DNA of 64,000 nucleotides from an uncultured Clostridium sp. (GTDB lineage Bacteria; Bacillota; Clostridia; TANB77; CAG-465): NCBI GenBank assembly GCA_947361355.1, contig CANAIR010000001.1, positions 64,215 to 128,214 of the forward strand, read 5' to 3'. Shown piece by piece: positions 9,032 to 17,752 of this stretch (position 1 is its first letter; each line of letters starts with the position of its first letter). The notes under the pieces were generated by a model. It saw only the letters and a program-made list of their open reading frames with translations, ran no database searches and was not told where the DNA came from. The position numbers and the translations under genes were made by a program.

Positions 9032-9319
9032 TTAACCATCTAATTGCCTCTTTATTATATATATATCTTCCACAAATAAATCAAGTAATTCATAAATATT
9101 AATATTATTATCTGCAATAAAAAACAAATCATCACTACTTAAAACATATGTAAAATCATATATTACCTGATTACATAAATTAAGTACTAAATTATATAAT
9201 TTAGACTTTAATATTTCATCATTCTTTTTAAATATTTTAAGCGATATTTTATCAGTTTTTTCTTTTACGGATTTATAATAATCATAATTTTCCTCTAACA
9301 TTTTTACATTTTTTCTCAT
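9032..9319 (-). CDS. Hypothetical protein
   Basis: ORF 9032..9331 trimmed to ATG 9319, which lies behind SD AAAGGTGA. No recognisable domain. Confidence 0.5.
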   Translation of the reverse strand: MRKNVKMLEENYDYYKSVKEKTDKISLKIFKKNDEILKSKLYNLVLNLCNQVIYDFTYVLSSDDLFFIADNNINIYELLDLFVEDIYIIKRQLDG

Positions 9320-9370
9320 ATATTTACTCACCTTTTAAATATTATATTTTAACGACACTAAGAAGTCAAT

Positions 9371-9553
9371 TTAATCGACAAATTTAGATAAAACTATACA
9401 CGATGTTTTGTCGATTGCAAAATAATCTATCTCTCCTTCGCCTAACCACGTTATAAATTTTAAAAAATTAACTGGTATAAAATATATAAAAATCATAAAC
9501 AAAAATAATAATATTATTAGTGTGCTAGCTACATATATTTTTCTTTTTTCCAT
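9371..9553 (-). CDS. Hypothetical small membrane protein
   Basis: 60-aa ORF with SD AAGGTGA. One hydrophobic helix (VASTLIILLFLFMIFIYFI). Confidence 0.4.
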   Translation of the reverse strand: MEKRKIYVASTLIILLFLFMIFIYFIPVNFLKFITWLGEGEIDYFAIDKTSCIVLSKFVD

Positions 9554-9709
9554 TTTTCACCTTCCATATATATTAACTATTATATTAAAATTTCAAAGAT
9601 ATATAATTAATTATTTAAAAGTATACATATTTTTACAAAAATAGTACAATTAATTTGACATAATAGAAATAATATTATATAATTACAAAAAAATTAGGAG
9701 GATTAAAAA

Positions 9710-10198
9710 ATGTTTAATCAGAATATCGAAAATGAAAATGTACATTTCCGGAAAGATATACCAAGTTGGGATGAATACTTTATAGGACTTACAAAATATG
9801 CTGCGACAAGATCAAAAGACCCTAAAACTCAAGTAGGTGCTTGTATTGTCGACAAGGACCATAGAATATTATCTATTGGTTTTAATGGTATGCCAATAGG
9901 AATATTGGATGATGATGAGCACTGGAAAAACAAGCATGATTATGTATCACATGCTGAAGCTAATGCAATTTCATTTTGTAAAGGAAATTTAGAAGGCTCT
10001 ACTTTATATGTTACTTTTTATCCATGCAATACATGTGCAAAAACAATTATCCAAAATAAAATTAAAAGAGTTGTTTATTTAACAAAAAAAGTTTCAAAAC
10101 ATATTAGTGCAAATATATCTGAAAAAATGTTTCTTGAAGCTGGCGTTGAAGTAATTAAATATGCTCCAACACATAGAAAAACTATAATTGAAGTATAA
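9710..10198 (+). CDS. comEB: Deoxycytidylate (dCMP) deaminase, ComEB type
   Basis: SD AGGAGG. Zinc motifs HAEANAI and PCNTCAKTI. Confidence 0.85.
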   Translation: MFNQNIENENVHFRKDIPSWDEYFIGLTKYAATRSKDPKTQVGACIVDKDHRILSIGFNGMPIGILDDDEHWKNKHDYVSHAEANAISFCKGNLEGSTLYVTFYPCNTCAKTIIQNKIKRVVYLTKKVSKHISANISEKMFLEAGVEVIKYAPTHRKTIIEV

Positions 10199-10200
10199 TA

Positions 10201-10240
10201 AAAAAGTGTCTAAGAATCACTTGCTTAGACACTTTTTTAT
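10201..10240. terminator. Bidirectional terminator
   Basis: Stem AGTGTCTAAG/CTTAGACACT flanked by an A-run and a T-run. It sits between convergent genes. Confidence 0.75.
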
Positions 10241-10242
10241 TT

Positions 10243-11139
10243 TTAATATGGATTAACATGTATAATAACATCATGTATATAATCATACATTAATAACATA
10301 TTTTTAATTTTGCTTTGAATATCATGACTTTTGTATATATCCATACTTTTTTCCATTGCTATTTTTAAAATTATAACATATCTATCACCAATTGGTTTTC
10401 CTATAACTTTATCCACACTTTTAACATTATCAAATAAAAGTACTTTCTTCTTTATTTCATTTACTCTATCCTCGCTAACATTTGTATCAATTAAAATATT
10501 ATATGAAATTCTAAAAATATTAAATCCTACCATTCCAAACCAAATAGATATAACTACTCCTAAAATATAATCTATTACATAAATACCAAACATACTAAAT
10601 ATAGAACTTACAAGAATAGAGATGGTAATTAAAATATCATTTCTTTGGTCTTCTTTACTAGCTTTTATCAATATATTACCTGTTTTTCTTAATTCTTTTG
10701 TCGTATATAAATATAACGCTGTTTTTAGAATTATATTAATTATACAAACTAAAACTAGTCCTATATTAAAGTTTATTTTGCTCAAATTAATTATATTAAT
10801 TATAGATGTTTTTATCATCGATATAGCTGCTATCAACATCAACATACTAATTACTATAGAAAATATGTATTCTGCTTTTCCATATCCAAATGGATGCTCA
10901 CTATCATATTTTTTAGTAGAAATTTTTATTCCTATTAACGAAATAATAGAAGATATCATATCTTCAAAACTATGCAATGAATCTGCTATCATTGCTTGTG
11001 AATTTGAAATTATTCCTATTATACATTTTAAGATTAATAAAACAAAATTTATAATTATACAAATTACACTTACCTTTTTAACCGATTTTCTTTTTATATT
11101 TAAATTTGATTTACCTATTATAATTGTATCTTTATTCAT
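10243..11139 (-). CDS. Cation diffusion facilitator (CDF) family transporter
   Basis: Six TM segments. Carries ADSLHSFEDM and the C-terminal cytoplasmic domain ending in HVNP. Confidence 0.85.
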   Translation of the reverse strand: MNKDTIIIGKSNLNIKRKSVKKVSVICIIINFVLLILKCIIGIISNSQAMIADSLHSFEDMISSIISLIGIKISTKKYDSEHPFGYGKAEYIFSIVISMLMLIAAISMIKTSIINIINLSKINFNIGLVLVCIINIILKTALYLYTTKELRKTGNILIKASKEDQRNDILITISILVSSIFSMFGIYVIDYILGVVISIWFGMVGFNIFRISYNILIDTNVSEDRVNEIKKKVLLFDNVKSVDKVIGKPIGDRYVIILKIAMEKSMDIYKSHDIQSKIKNMLLMYDYIHDVIIHVNPY

Positions 11140-11224
11140 ATTATACTCCTATAAAAAAATATAGATAAGTAGTAAATACTCACCTATATTTATTATATTA
11201 AAATTATATAACTTATGTTATAAC

Positions 11225-12088
11225 TTAATGCGGATTAGTATGAATTATTACATCACAAATATAATCTAATTCATTTAACAATTTTTCTTTCACGGCTCCT
11301 GATATACTATGGGATTTACTTAAACTCAAATTTCCATCCATAGATATTTTTAATATTATTACATATTTATCACCAGTAGGCTTTGCCCTAACACTATCAA
11401 CATGTAAAACTTCTTCTATGCTTTCAGTCTTTTGAATAATTTGAGTTTTTAGATTTTCAGATATATCTGTATCCATTAAAATTTCATATGAACTTTTTGC
11501 AAGTTTAATTCCAACAATAGCAATCCAAATTGAAATTAAGGAACCCATTATCCCATCTACAAAATATAATCCATATTTACTACATATAATACCAATCAAT
11601 GTCCCAAGAGTAAGTAACATATCATTTCTATGATCTTCCATACTTGCTTTTATTAATATACTATTATATTTTCTAAAATTTAATTTAGTATATATATATA
11701 ATAGAAACTTGGTGATAATTGTAACAACACATACAATTATTAAATTATAAGAAAAATTTAACTTTTCACTATTTATAATACTAAAAATTGAACTTTTAAG
11801 CATAGACATAGAAACAAAAATCATTACAGCAGAAATTATAAATGAGAATATATATTCAGCCTTTCCATGTCCATCTGGATGATCCTCATCTTGTGGAATT
11901 GAAGATATCCTATTTCCAATGTATGACATAAGTGATGCAAATATATCACCTGCACTATTTAATCCATCTGCTATCATAGCCTGAGACTTTGATATTATAC
12001 CTATAACTATTTTTATAATAAGCAAGAAAATGTTAAATATAATTCCAACAATACTTACATTTCTTATGCACCTATTTTTATCATTCAT
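11225..12088 (-). CDS. Cation diffusion facilitator (CDF) family transporter, tandem paralog
   Basis: Same architecture as the left neighbour (ADGLNSAGD, MEDHRND, HTNPH). Confidence 0.85.
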   Translation of the reverse strand: MNDKNRCIRNVSIVGIIFNIFLLIIKIVIGIISKSQAMIADGLNSAGDIFASLMSYIGNRISSIPQDEDHPDGHGKAEYIFSFIISAVMIFVSMSMLKSSIFSIINSEKLNFSYNLIIVCVVTIITKFLLYIYTKLNFRKYNSILIKASMEDHRNDMLLTLGTLIGIICSKYGLYFVDGIMGSLISIWIAIVGIKLAKSSYEILMDTDISENLKTQIIQKTESIEEVLHVDSVRAKPTGDKYVIILKISMDGNLSLSKSHSISGAVKEKLLNELDYICDVIIHTNPH

Positions 12089-12235
12089 AGTTCACCTCAC
12101 AAAATAATCAATTTGCCATACTAGTAAGTTCACATTATTATACAATTATTTTTATAATATTTCAAGTTTAGTAACAATAATTTTATATAAATTCTTTAAA
12201 AGCTAATAAATACTTACATTTACCAGCCTTATTCA

Positions 12236-14653
12236 TTAATTTTCTTCTAAATTTAATTTAATATCATATACTTCAAATCCATTATCAATAACTTTTATAT
12301 CTAAATTTTCAATAAATAATGTTGCTTTGAAATCTTTTATAGATTTTTCTATTGCATTTTTTAATCCTTTGTTTACACCTAATGACAAGTTTTTAATAGG
12401 GGTTTTCAAAGAAACATTATTATTTGTTTTTTCTCCTCTTGATTGACTTATAATTTCAAGCATTTGCTCACCATAAATTTTGTTTTCATCAAAACTATAA
12501 TTTAAAGGTTCTATCAATGTTGTATGAATAGATTTATTACTATGATATATTTCTTGAAATATTTCTTCTGTAATAAAAGGAAAGAAAATACTAAAATCTT
12601 GTAATAATTTATATAACAATATATATACTGTTTTTTGTCCACTGTATCTTGGTACTTGACCAAACTCTTCAGGTCTATATAGTCTATGTTTTACTATTTC
12701 TATATAATTATCACAAAAATTCCAGAAAAATTTTTCTAATATATTTAAAGCTAACCCGACTTCATATTCTTCTAAATAGTTTATAAAAGATTTTTCCATT
12801 TCCTGAAAATTTCCTAAAATCCATTTGTCAACATATTCAAAATCTTCAAAGTCTTTATCTTCATAATCACTTAAGTGCATTTCAATAAATTTTGATACAT
12901 TCCAAATTTTATTTATTAATTTCTTACCACGAAGCAATGTCTCTTCACTAAAAACTATATCTGTTCCAAGCCTTCCTGAACCTGCCCAATATCTTATAAC
13001 ATCTGCAGAATATTGTTTTATTAAATCTATTGGTTCAACTTTACTATTACCTTTACTTTTACTAATTTTTTCACCCTTACTGGCCATTACAAATCCCGAA
13101 ATCATCACATTATTCCAAGGTTTATGGCCAAAATGATAAAAACTTTTAACTATTGTATAAAAATCCCATGTTCTAATAATTTCACTTGCATTTGTCCTTA
13201 AACTCATTGGTTTTAAAATATCTTCATGATTGTCTATCTCGCCATATTTCATATTAATTAGTGGTGTAATTGATGAAGTAGCCCATGTATCCATAACATC
13301 TGTTTCAGGGACAAACTCACTACATTCACATTTTAAACATTTACTAATTCTTGGTTTATCAACTAAAGGATTAACTGGTAAATCTTCTTTATTTGCAAAT
13401 ATTGGCTCACCGCATTCTTTACAAAACCATACTGGAAATGGGACCCCAAAATATCTCTGCCTTGAAATGCACCAATCCCATGCTATGTTATTTACCCATT
13501 CATCATATCTTGCGTGCATATGTGATGGATGCCATTTAATTTCATTACCAATTTTTATAAAGTCTTCTTTATGATCTATTGTATTTATAAACCATTGTTT
13601 CATTACAGAATATTCTACTTCTTTTCCACATCTTTCATGAGTTTGTACTTCGTGCTCTAAATCTTCAATTTTTACTATAAATCCACCCTCATGTAAATCT
13701 TCTACTATTTTCTTTCTTGCCTCTTTTATTTTCAATCCACCATAATTTTCAACCGATTCTTTTATTCTTCCATTTTCAGTGAATATATGTTTTAAAGGTA
13801 AATTATATTTTTTCCACCATTCAATATCAGTTTGGTCACCAAAAGTACAACACATAACTGCCCCTGTACCTTTATCAATAGCTACTTTTTCATCAGCCAT
13901 TATAGGTACTTGTACATTTATGACTGGTATATTTGCAGTTTTACCAATTAAGTGTTTATGTTTTTCATCATTTGGATTAACAAATACACATACTATTGCA
14001 GGCAAAAGTTCAGGTCTAGTAGTAGCAATAACAAATTCTTCATTATCTTCAACAGTATTAAATTTAACATAATTAAATGTAGTTTTTACTGTCTTTGTTT
14101 CAAGTTCTGCTTGGGCAATAGATGTTAAGCATTCATTACACCAAAGAGCAGGACTTTCCTTATGATAACAATGATTCTTTTCTATTAAATCTAAAAATGA
14201 AGCCTGACTTATTTTTATAGTAGAGGGACTTACAGTTTTATATGCTATATTCCAATCTGTACTAACACCCATTTTACTAAATAGTTCTTTAAATTCTTCT
14301 TCATATTTATCAGTAGTTTTATAACAAAGTTTTGAAAATTCTTCTCTACCTATCTCATGAGCTTTTTTTCCTTGTTCCTTTTCAACCAATCTTTCACTTG
14401 GAAGACCATTATCATCAAAACCAAAAGGATAAAATATATTATATCCTCTTAATCTTTTATATCTTGCTAGCATTTCAGTTTGAGAATATGAAAAAATGTG
14501 CCCTATATGTATTTTACCATTAACAGTTGGAGGTGGCGTATCTATTGAAAATACTTCTCTTCCATCATTTTTAAATTCATAAATATTATTTTTCTTCCAA
14601 TAATCTAACCATTTTGCTTCTTTTTCAGAAGCATTATACTTCTTATCTAACAT
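12236..14653 (-). CDS. valS: Valine--tRNA ligase, short form without the long C-terminal coiled coil
   Basis: ORF 12236..14707 trimmed to MLDKKYN, which has SD AAAGGGGG. Carries DTPPPTVNGKIHIGH (HIGH) and KISKSKGN (KMSKS). Val specificity is supported by the upstream T-box specifier. Confidence 0.9.
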   Translation of the reverse strand: MLDKKYNASEKEAKWLDYWKKNNIYEFKNDGREVFSIDTPPPTVNGKIHIGHIFSYSQTEMLARYKRLRGYNIFYPFGFDDNGLPSERLVEKEQGKKAHEIGREEFSKLCYKTTDKYEEEFKELFSKMGVSTDWNIAYKTVSPSTIKISQASFLDLIEKNHCYHKESPALWCNECLTSIAQAELETKTVKTTFNYVKFNTVEDNEEFVIATTRPELLPAIVCVFVNPNDEKHKHLIGKTANIPVINVQVPIMADEKVAIDKGTGAVMCCTFGDQTDIEWWKKYNLPLKHIFTENGRIKESVENYGGLKIKEARKKIVEDLHEGGFIVKIEDLEHEVQTHERCGKEVEYSVMKQWFINTIDHKEDFIKIGNEIKWHPSHMHARYDEWVNNIAWDWCISRQRYFGVPFPVWFCKECGEPIFANKEDLPVNPLVDKPRISKCLKCECSEFVPETDVMDTWATSSITPLINMKYGEIDNHEDILKPMSLRTNASEIIRTWDFYTIVKSFYHFGHKPWNNVMISGFVMASKGEKISKSKGNSKVEPIDLIKQYSADVIRYWAGSGRLGTDIVFSEETLLRGKKLINKIWNVSKFIEMHLSDYEDKDFEDFEYVDKWILGNFQEMEKSFINYLEEYEVGLALNILEKFFWNFCDNYIEIVKHRLYRPEEFGQVPRYSGQKTVYILLYKLLQDFSIFFPFITEEIFQEIYHSNKSIHTTLIEPLNYSFDENKIYGEQMLEIISQSRGEKTNNNVSLKTPIKNLSLGVNKGLKNAIEKSIKDFKATLFIENLDIKVIDNGFEVYDIKLNLEEN

Positions 14654-14667
14654 CTTTTTTCCCCCTT

Positions 14668-14859
14668 TTAATATATGTAATATATACAAACTAAGCATAT
14701 AATACATATTATATATGAAACAATTTTAATCCACTTTACAACTTTATTTTCAACTTCTTTTTTTACCTTATTTTTTATAAACCATCTTGCATTAAATAAT
14801 ACTATAATAGCTATAAACAATATAAATAAAGCTACAAATAATTCTACATCTTTTACCAT
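14668..14859 (-). CDS. Possible 63-aa hydrophobic peptide between the T-box terminator and valS
   Basis: ORF-track entry 14668..14871 trimmed to ATG 14859, which has GGTGA 5 nt upstream. Two hydrophobic segments. Its stop TAA overlaps the valS SD. No homology recognised. Confidence 0.35.
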   Translation of the reverse strand: MVKDVELFVALFILFIAIIVLFNARWFIKNKVKKEVENKVVKWIKIVSYIICIICLVCIYYIY

Positions 14860-14877
14860 AATTATCACCATTTCTAA

Positions 14878-15150
14878 TACAAAAATACACAGTCATTCCT
14901 TAAGTTTTAAGGACGAATTGACTGTGCATCCGTGGTACCACCTTAATTCATATACAAAACATTGTACATGCACTCTTTTGCAATTGACCGATTGCTAAAC
15001 CGGGATATATCTACACATAAAAAAACTTCAATATATCAGCTCCGAAGCTACCTTCAAATACGTTTTTCTTAAGAAATTTTTCAGCCTATGAATTTCTCTC
15101 TCTAAAAGTAACCATATTCTACTCCTCTTCATCATCGCTTTTAATACTAT
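14878..15150 (-). promoter_or_regulatory. T-box riboswitch leader of valS
   Basis: The minus strand reads AATTAAGGTGGTACCACGG (T-box motif, plus-strand 14930-14948). This is followed by the terminator ACAGTCAATTCGTCCTT/AAGGAATGACTGT plus a T-run (14881-14925). Stem I starts AAGCGATGATGAAGAGGAGTAG with an AGAGA element. The candidate specifier is GUA (Val) at plus-strand 15059-15061. Confidence 0.85.
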
Positions 15151-15163
15151 TAAATTAATATAA

Positions 15164-15192
15164 AGTATAACATAATAAATCAAAGTTTGCAA
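15164..15192 (-). promoter_or_regulatory. Sigma-A type promoter for the valS T-box leader
   Basis: TTGCAA, 17 nt, TATACT on the minus strand, about 15-25 nt upstream of stem I. Confidence 0.6.
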
Positions 15193-15305
15193 TAGTTTTA
15201 GCACTATTTTTATACTAAAAATATATAATAATAGCTCATACTTCATTGGTATTTAGAAATATAAAAAAATAAAAGTTAAAAAATATTATATAATTTTCTT
15301 AACTT

Positions 15306-15605
15306 TTATTTTTCTTTATTAATATTATTTATACACCTCCCTTCCTTTTTTATAGTCAAGTGATCTGCATTGCTTCTACAAAAGTTTTGACAATTTGGAT
15401 CTTTTTCTAACCTATTCTTAAAAAAGGTGGGCATTTCTCCCCATTCTAATTGAGGTGTTATTACAAAAGCTCTTGGAAGACCAGTCTTTACTGCTTCTTC
15501 AATATTATCATAATTTGGATAATACTTAAAGAGGTCTTCTTTTTTGTATATTTTACCAATTACTAGTTCCCGCCAATAAATTGTATACATCAAAAAATTT
15601 GACAT
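15306..15605 (-). CDS. HipS-like protein (resembles HipA N-terminal subdomain), copy 2
   Basis: 99-aa ORF with SD AAGGAGGA. IYWRELVIGKIYKKEDLFKYYPNY...MPTFFKNRLEKDP parallels the HipA N-terminus (QRVGEL..F.Y...W...FNFFDNLLPDSP, recalled from memory). Confidence 0.5.
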   Translation of the reverse strand: MSNFLMYTIYWRELVIGKIYKKEDLFKYYPNYDNIEEAVKTGLPRAFVITPQLEWGEMPTFFKNRLEKDPNCQNFCRSNADHLTIKKEGRCINNINKEK

Positions 15606-15654
15606 GACTCTTCCTCCTTAAATTTAATTTAGAAAACAATATTCTACAATTTAT

Positions 15655-15683
15655 ATTATAACACACATATTGTATTTTGTCAA
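15655..15683 (-). promoter_or_regulatory. Consensus sigma-A promoter for the 99-aa HipS-like gene
   Basis: The minus strand reads TTGACA (15683..15678), an exact 17-nt spacer, then TATAAT (15660..15655). An imperfect inverted repeat TTGTCATAATGTTGACAA overlaps the -35. Confidence 0.7.
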
Positions 15684-15736
15684 CATTATGACAACAACAT
15701 GTGGTATAACATTTATATTTTCAATGATATAGAAAA

Positions 15737-16054
15737 TTATTTTGAAATATAAAACGTAAATTTATCTACCATATTTTTACATTTTGTACTATTTATATAC
15801 TCTAATATATTTGATTCCATATTTTCACTAACAAGTTTAATTTCTTTTTTTATTATATTAATATTAGGTAATCTATCTTTTACAATATCTGGTAAATCTT
15901 TAGATATAAGTTTTACATTTGAAATTATTGATATAGGCATTCCCTTTTTTACAGCATAATCTAAATTTTCTATTTTAATTGATGAAATATACAAATTATG
16001 TTTTTTGGTAACGCTTAAAATATCAACATCATCCCATTTTATACTAATTATCAT
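15737..16054 (-). CDS. HipS-like protein (resembles HipA N-terminal subdomain), copy 1
   Basis: 105-aa ORF. Its ATG directly follows the kinase TAA, and SD GAGGTGG lies inside the kinase 3' end. LPDIVKDRLPN...ILEYINSTKCKNMVDKFTF parallels HipA LLPDSPIVRDRI...LLSEIGRDSVGAVTL. Confidence 0.5.
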   Translation of the reverse strand: MIISIKWDDVDILSVTKKHNLYISSIKIENLDYAVKKGMPISIISNVKLISKDLPDIVKDRLPNINIIKKEIKLVSENMESNILEYINSTKCKNMVDKFTFYISK

Positions 16055-17023
16055 TTATCTAACCACCTCATCAAGACATAAATCTTTCTCTATTATTTGT
16101 TTTCTATAATTAAAACATGGAATAACAAACTCTTTTAATTTATCTGGAAGTTTTGCTCCTATTCTTTCTTCAACATTTCTGATTGCCCCATCTATATCTA
16201 ATTTTTTTGAACATTTCTCAGCAAATTCCATACACACCTCAGAATCATCGCAAAGATAAAATAAAGTATCTTCCCAATCTAAATATGATTCATCTCTTTG
16301 CTGTTCAGGAACAACAATAAATTGATTTTGTAATTCAACAAATTTTTTCATTAAAGTCGGATTTTCCACCATATCATCAATCGCTTCAGCTGGTTGATCT
16401 AACATAAGTGAACATTCATTGTCATACATAGGTGATAATCTTGCCTCTGAATTTTGACCATCTGAATAAAATATTACTCCAAAATTTTCTGGATGTCTAT
16501 CTGTTGACATAGTAAAAATATCAAATATAGCCATCTTTGCTGTATCTTTACATAGTGAACTAACTTGTGATTTTGGTACATCATCATACCTACTTAATAT
16601 ATTGTAACTTTCAAATATATCATCTATACTACTTGTTAAATCATAACTATCAGTTGTATTACTTCCATTAAGTAATGATTTTGTATGTATTAAAGTCTCG
16701 TTTTCTTTTTCTAAAACATTTTTGGTATATACACCTTTTTCTCCTTTATATTTTATTAAATCATAATGAGCACATGGAAAATCAACCTGTTTTGCTAATT
16801 CTTCAAAAATTAATTCTGCATAATTTGTATATTCTACTCCTTCTTTATCTAAATTACTAGTTCTAATCATTATTTTTCCATCATCTAACTCAATCCAAAA
16901 CTTTTCTCTATTATGGCTTCCACCTGTTTCTCTAAATTTTTCTACTTCATTTTCATGCTCAAATTTATCTATATCTATATAACCTTCCTCATCTCTATAT
17001 TTTTCTAATTCTTCAATTTTCAC
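16055..17023 (-). CDS. HipA-family serine/threonine kinase core (HipT-like, lacks N-subdomain 1)
   Basis: 322 aa with a GTG start behind GGTGA. Gly-rich loop FRETGGSHNREKF, catalytic TDRHPENFGVI (D-x-H-x-x-N) and Mg-site LSPMYDN. Confidence 0.75.
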   Translation of the reverse strand: MKIEELEKYRDEEGYIDIDKFEHENEVEKFRETGGSHNREKFWIELDDGKIMIRTSNLDKEGVEYTNYAELIFEELAKQVDFPCAHYDLIKYKGEKGVYTKNVLEKENETLIHTKSLLNGSNTTDSYDLTSSIDDIFESYNILSRYDDVPKSQVSSLCKDTAKMAIFDIFTMSTDRHPENFGVIFYSDGQNSEARLSPMYDNECSLMLDQPAEAIDDMVENPTLMKKFVELQNQFIVVPEQQRDESYLDWEDTLFYLCDDSEVCMEFAEKCSKKLDIDGAIRNVEERIGAKLPDKLKEFVIPCFNYRKQIIEKDLCLDEVVR

Positions 17024-17152
17024 ATAATCACCAATAAAATATTATCATATTTTTTTATTTTTGTATATATCATTTGTATAATTATGTAAAAATAGTTAGA
17101 AATTATTTAATATAATCCTTATTATTTGTTATTCTTTATTTCTATTACACAT

Positions 17153-17182
17153 AAAAAAACGCCGATATTATTCGACGTTTTT
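17153..17182. terminator. Hairpin terminator
   Basis: AAAACGCCGA/TCGACGTTTT flanked by an A-run and a T-run. Isolates the kinase unit from the upstream small gene. Confidence 0.65.
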
Positions 17183-17200
17183 AATTTTTAGTTTCTATTT

Positions 17201-17389
17201 TTAATGCAATAAAATAAAGTTTAGTATAACAATATTTTTAAGTTCAGTTTCTTTTTCTAATTCATCATTTAATCTTTTTATATCATCACTATTTACTATT
17301 CTTCTTTTCCGTGTTACAATAGACTGTCCAAATCCAAGGTTATTACCATCATAACCCATATGTGAAAATGATACAAAATAATTATACAT
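17201..17389 (-). CDS. Hypothetical 62-aa protein
   Basis: ORF 17201..17404 trimmed to the ATG behind GGAGGG. No recognised domain. Confidence 0.4.
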   Translation of the reverse strand: MYNYFVSFSHMGYDGNNLGFGQSIVTRKRRIVNSDDIKRLNDELEKETELKNIVILNFILLH

Positions 17390-17489
17390 ATTTTTACCCT
17401 CCATCGTACTAGTTTGTACTGATATTTTACTTAAATTTGTAATCGTATTATATCACATTTCATATGTTATGTCAACATATTATATTGTT

Positions 17490-17530
17490 AAAAAATAAAG
17501 AGGATAGATTGTTGTAATCTAGCCTCTTTA
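17490..17530 (-). terminator. Rho-independent terminator of the ferredoxin gene
   Basis: Minus-strand stem AAAGAGGCTAGATT/AATCTATCCTCTTT followed by ATTTTTT. Confidence 0.7.
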
Positions 17531-17536
17531 CTTTTA

Positions 17537-17713
<177 letters not shown>

Positions 17714-17752
17714 TTATTTCACCTCCATATCATACTTCATATACACTATATC

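Noticed and set aside
10622-11164. Long antisense ORFs opposite strong genes. Examples are 10622..11164, 46108..46575, 37287..37628, 37954..38313, 13230..13574 and 5436..5786
   Set aside because: These are shadow ORFs typical of AT-rich genomes. The opposite strand carries motif-supported genes, and these frames lack SD sequences and give low-complexity Ile/Phe/Leu/Ser-rich products.
10243-12088. Tandem CDF transporter paralogs as something unusual
   Set aside because: Tandem duplication of metal-efflux CDF genes is commonplace. Both copies look intact, with their own SDs.
12236-14707. N-terminal extensions suggested by the ORF track for valS, dnaX (39230), gyrA (56225), tyrS (4555) and others
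   Set aside because: The internal ATGs are preceded by clear SD sequences, and the conserved protein N-termini begin there. The extensions run into leaders, the SRP RNA or promoters.
15028-15246. 72-aa minus-strand ORF upstream of valS
   Set aside because: It coincides with T-box stem I and its promoter, so the RNA element explains the region.
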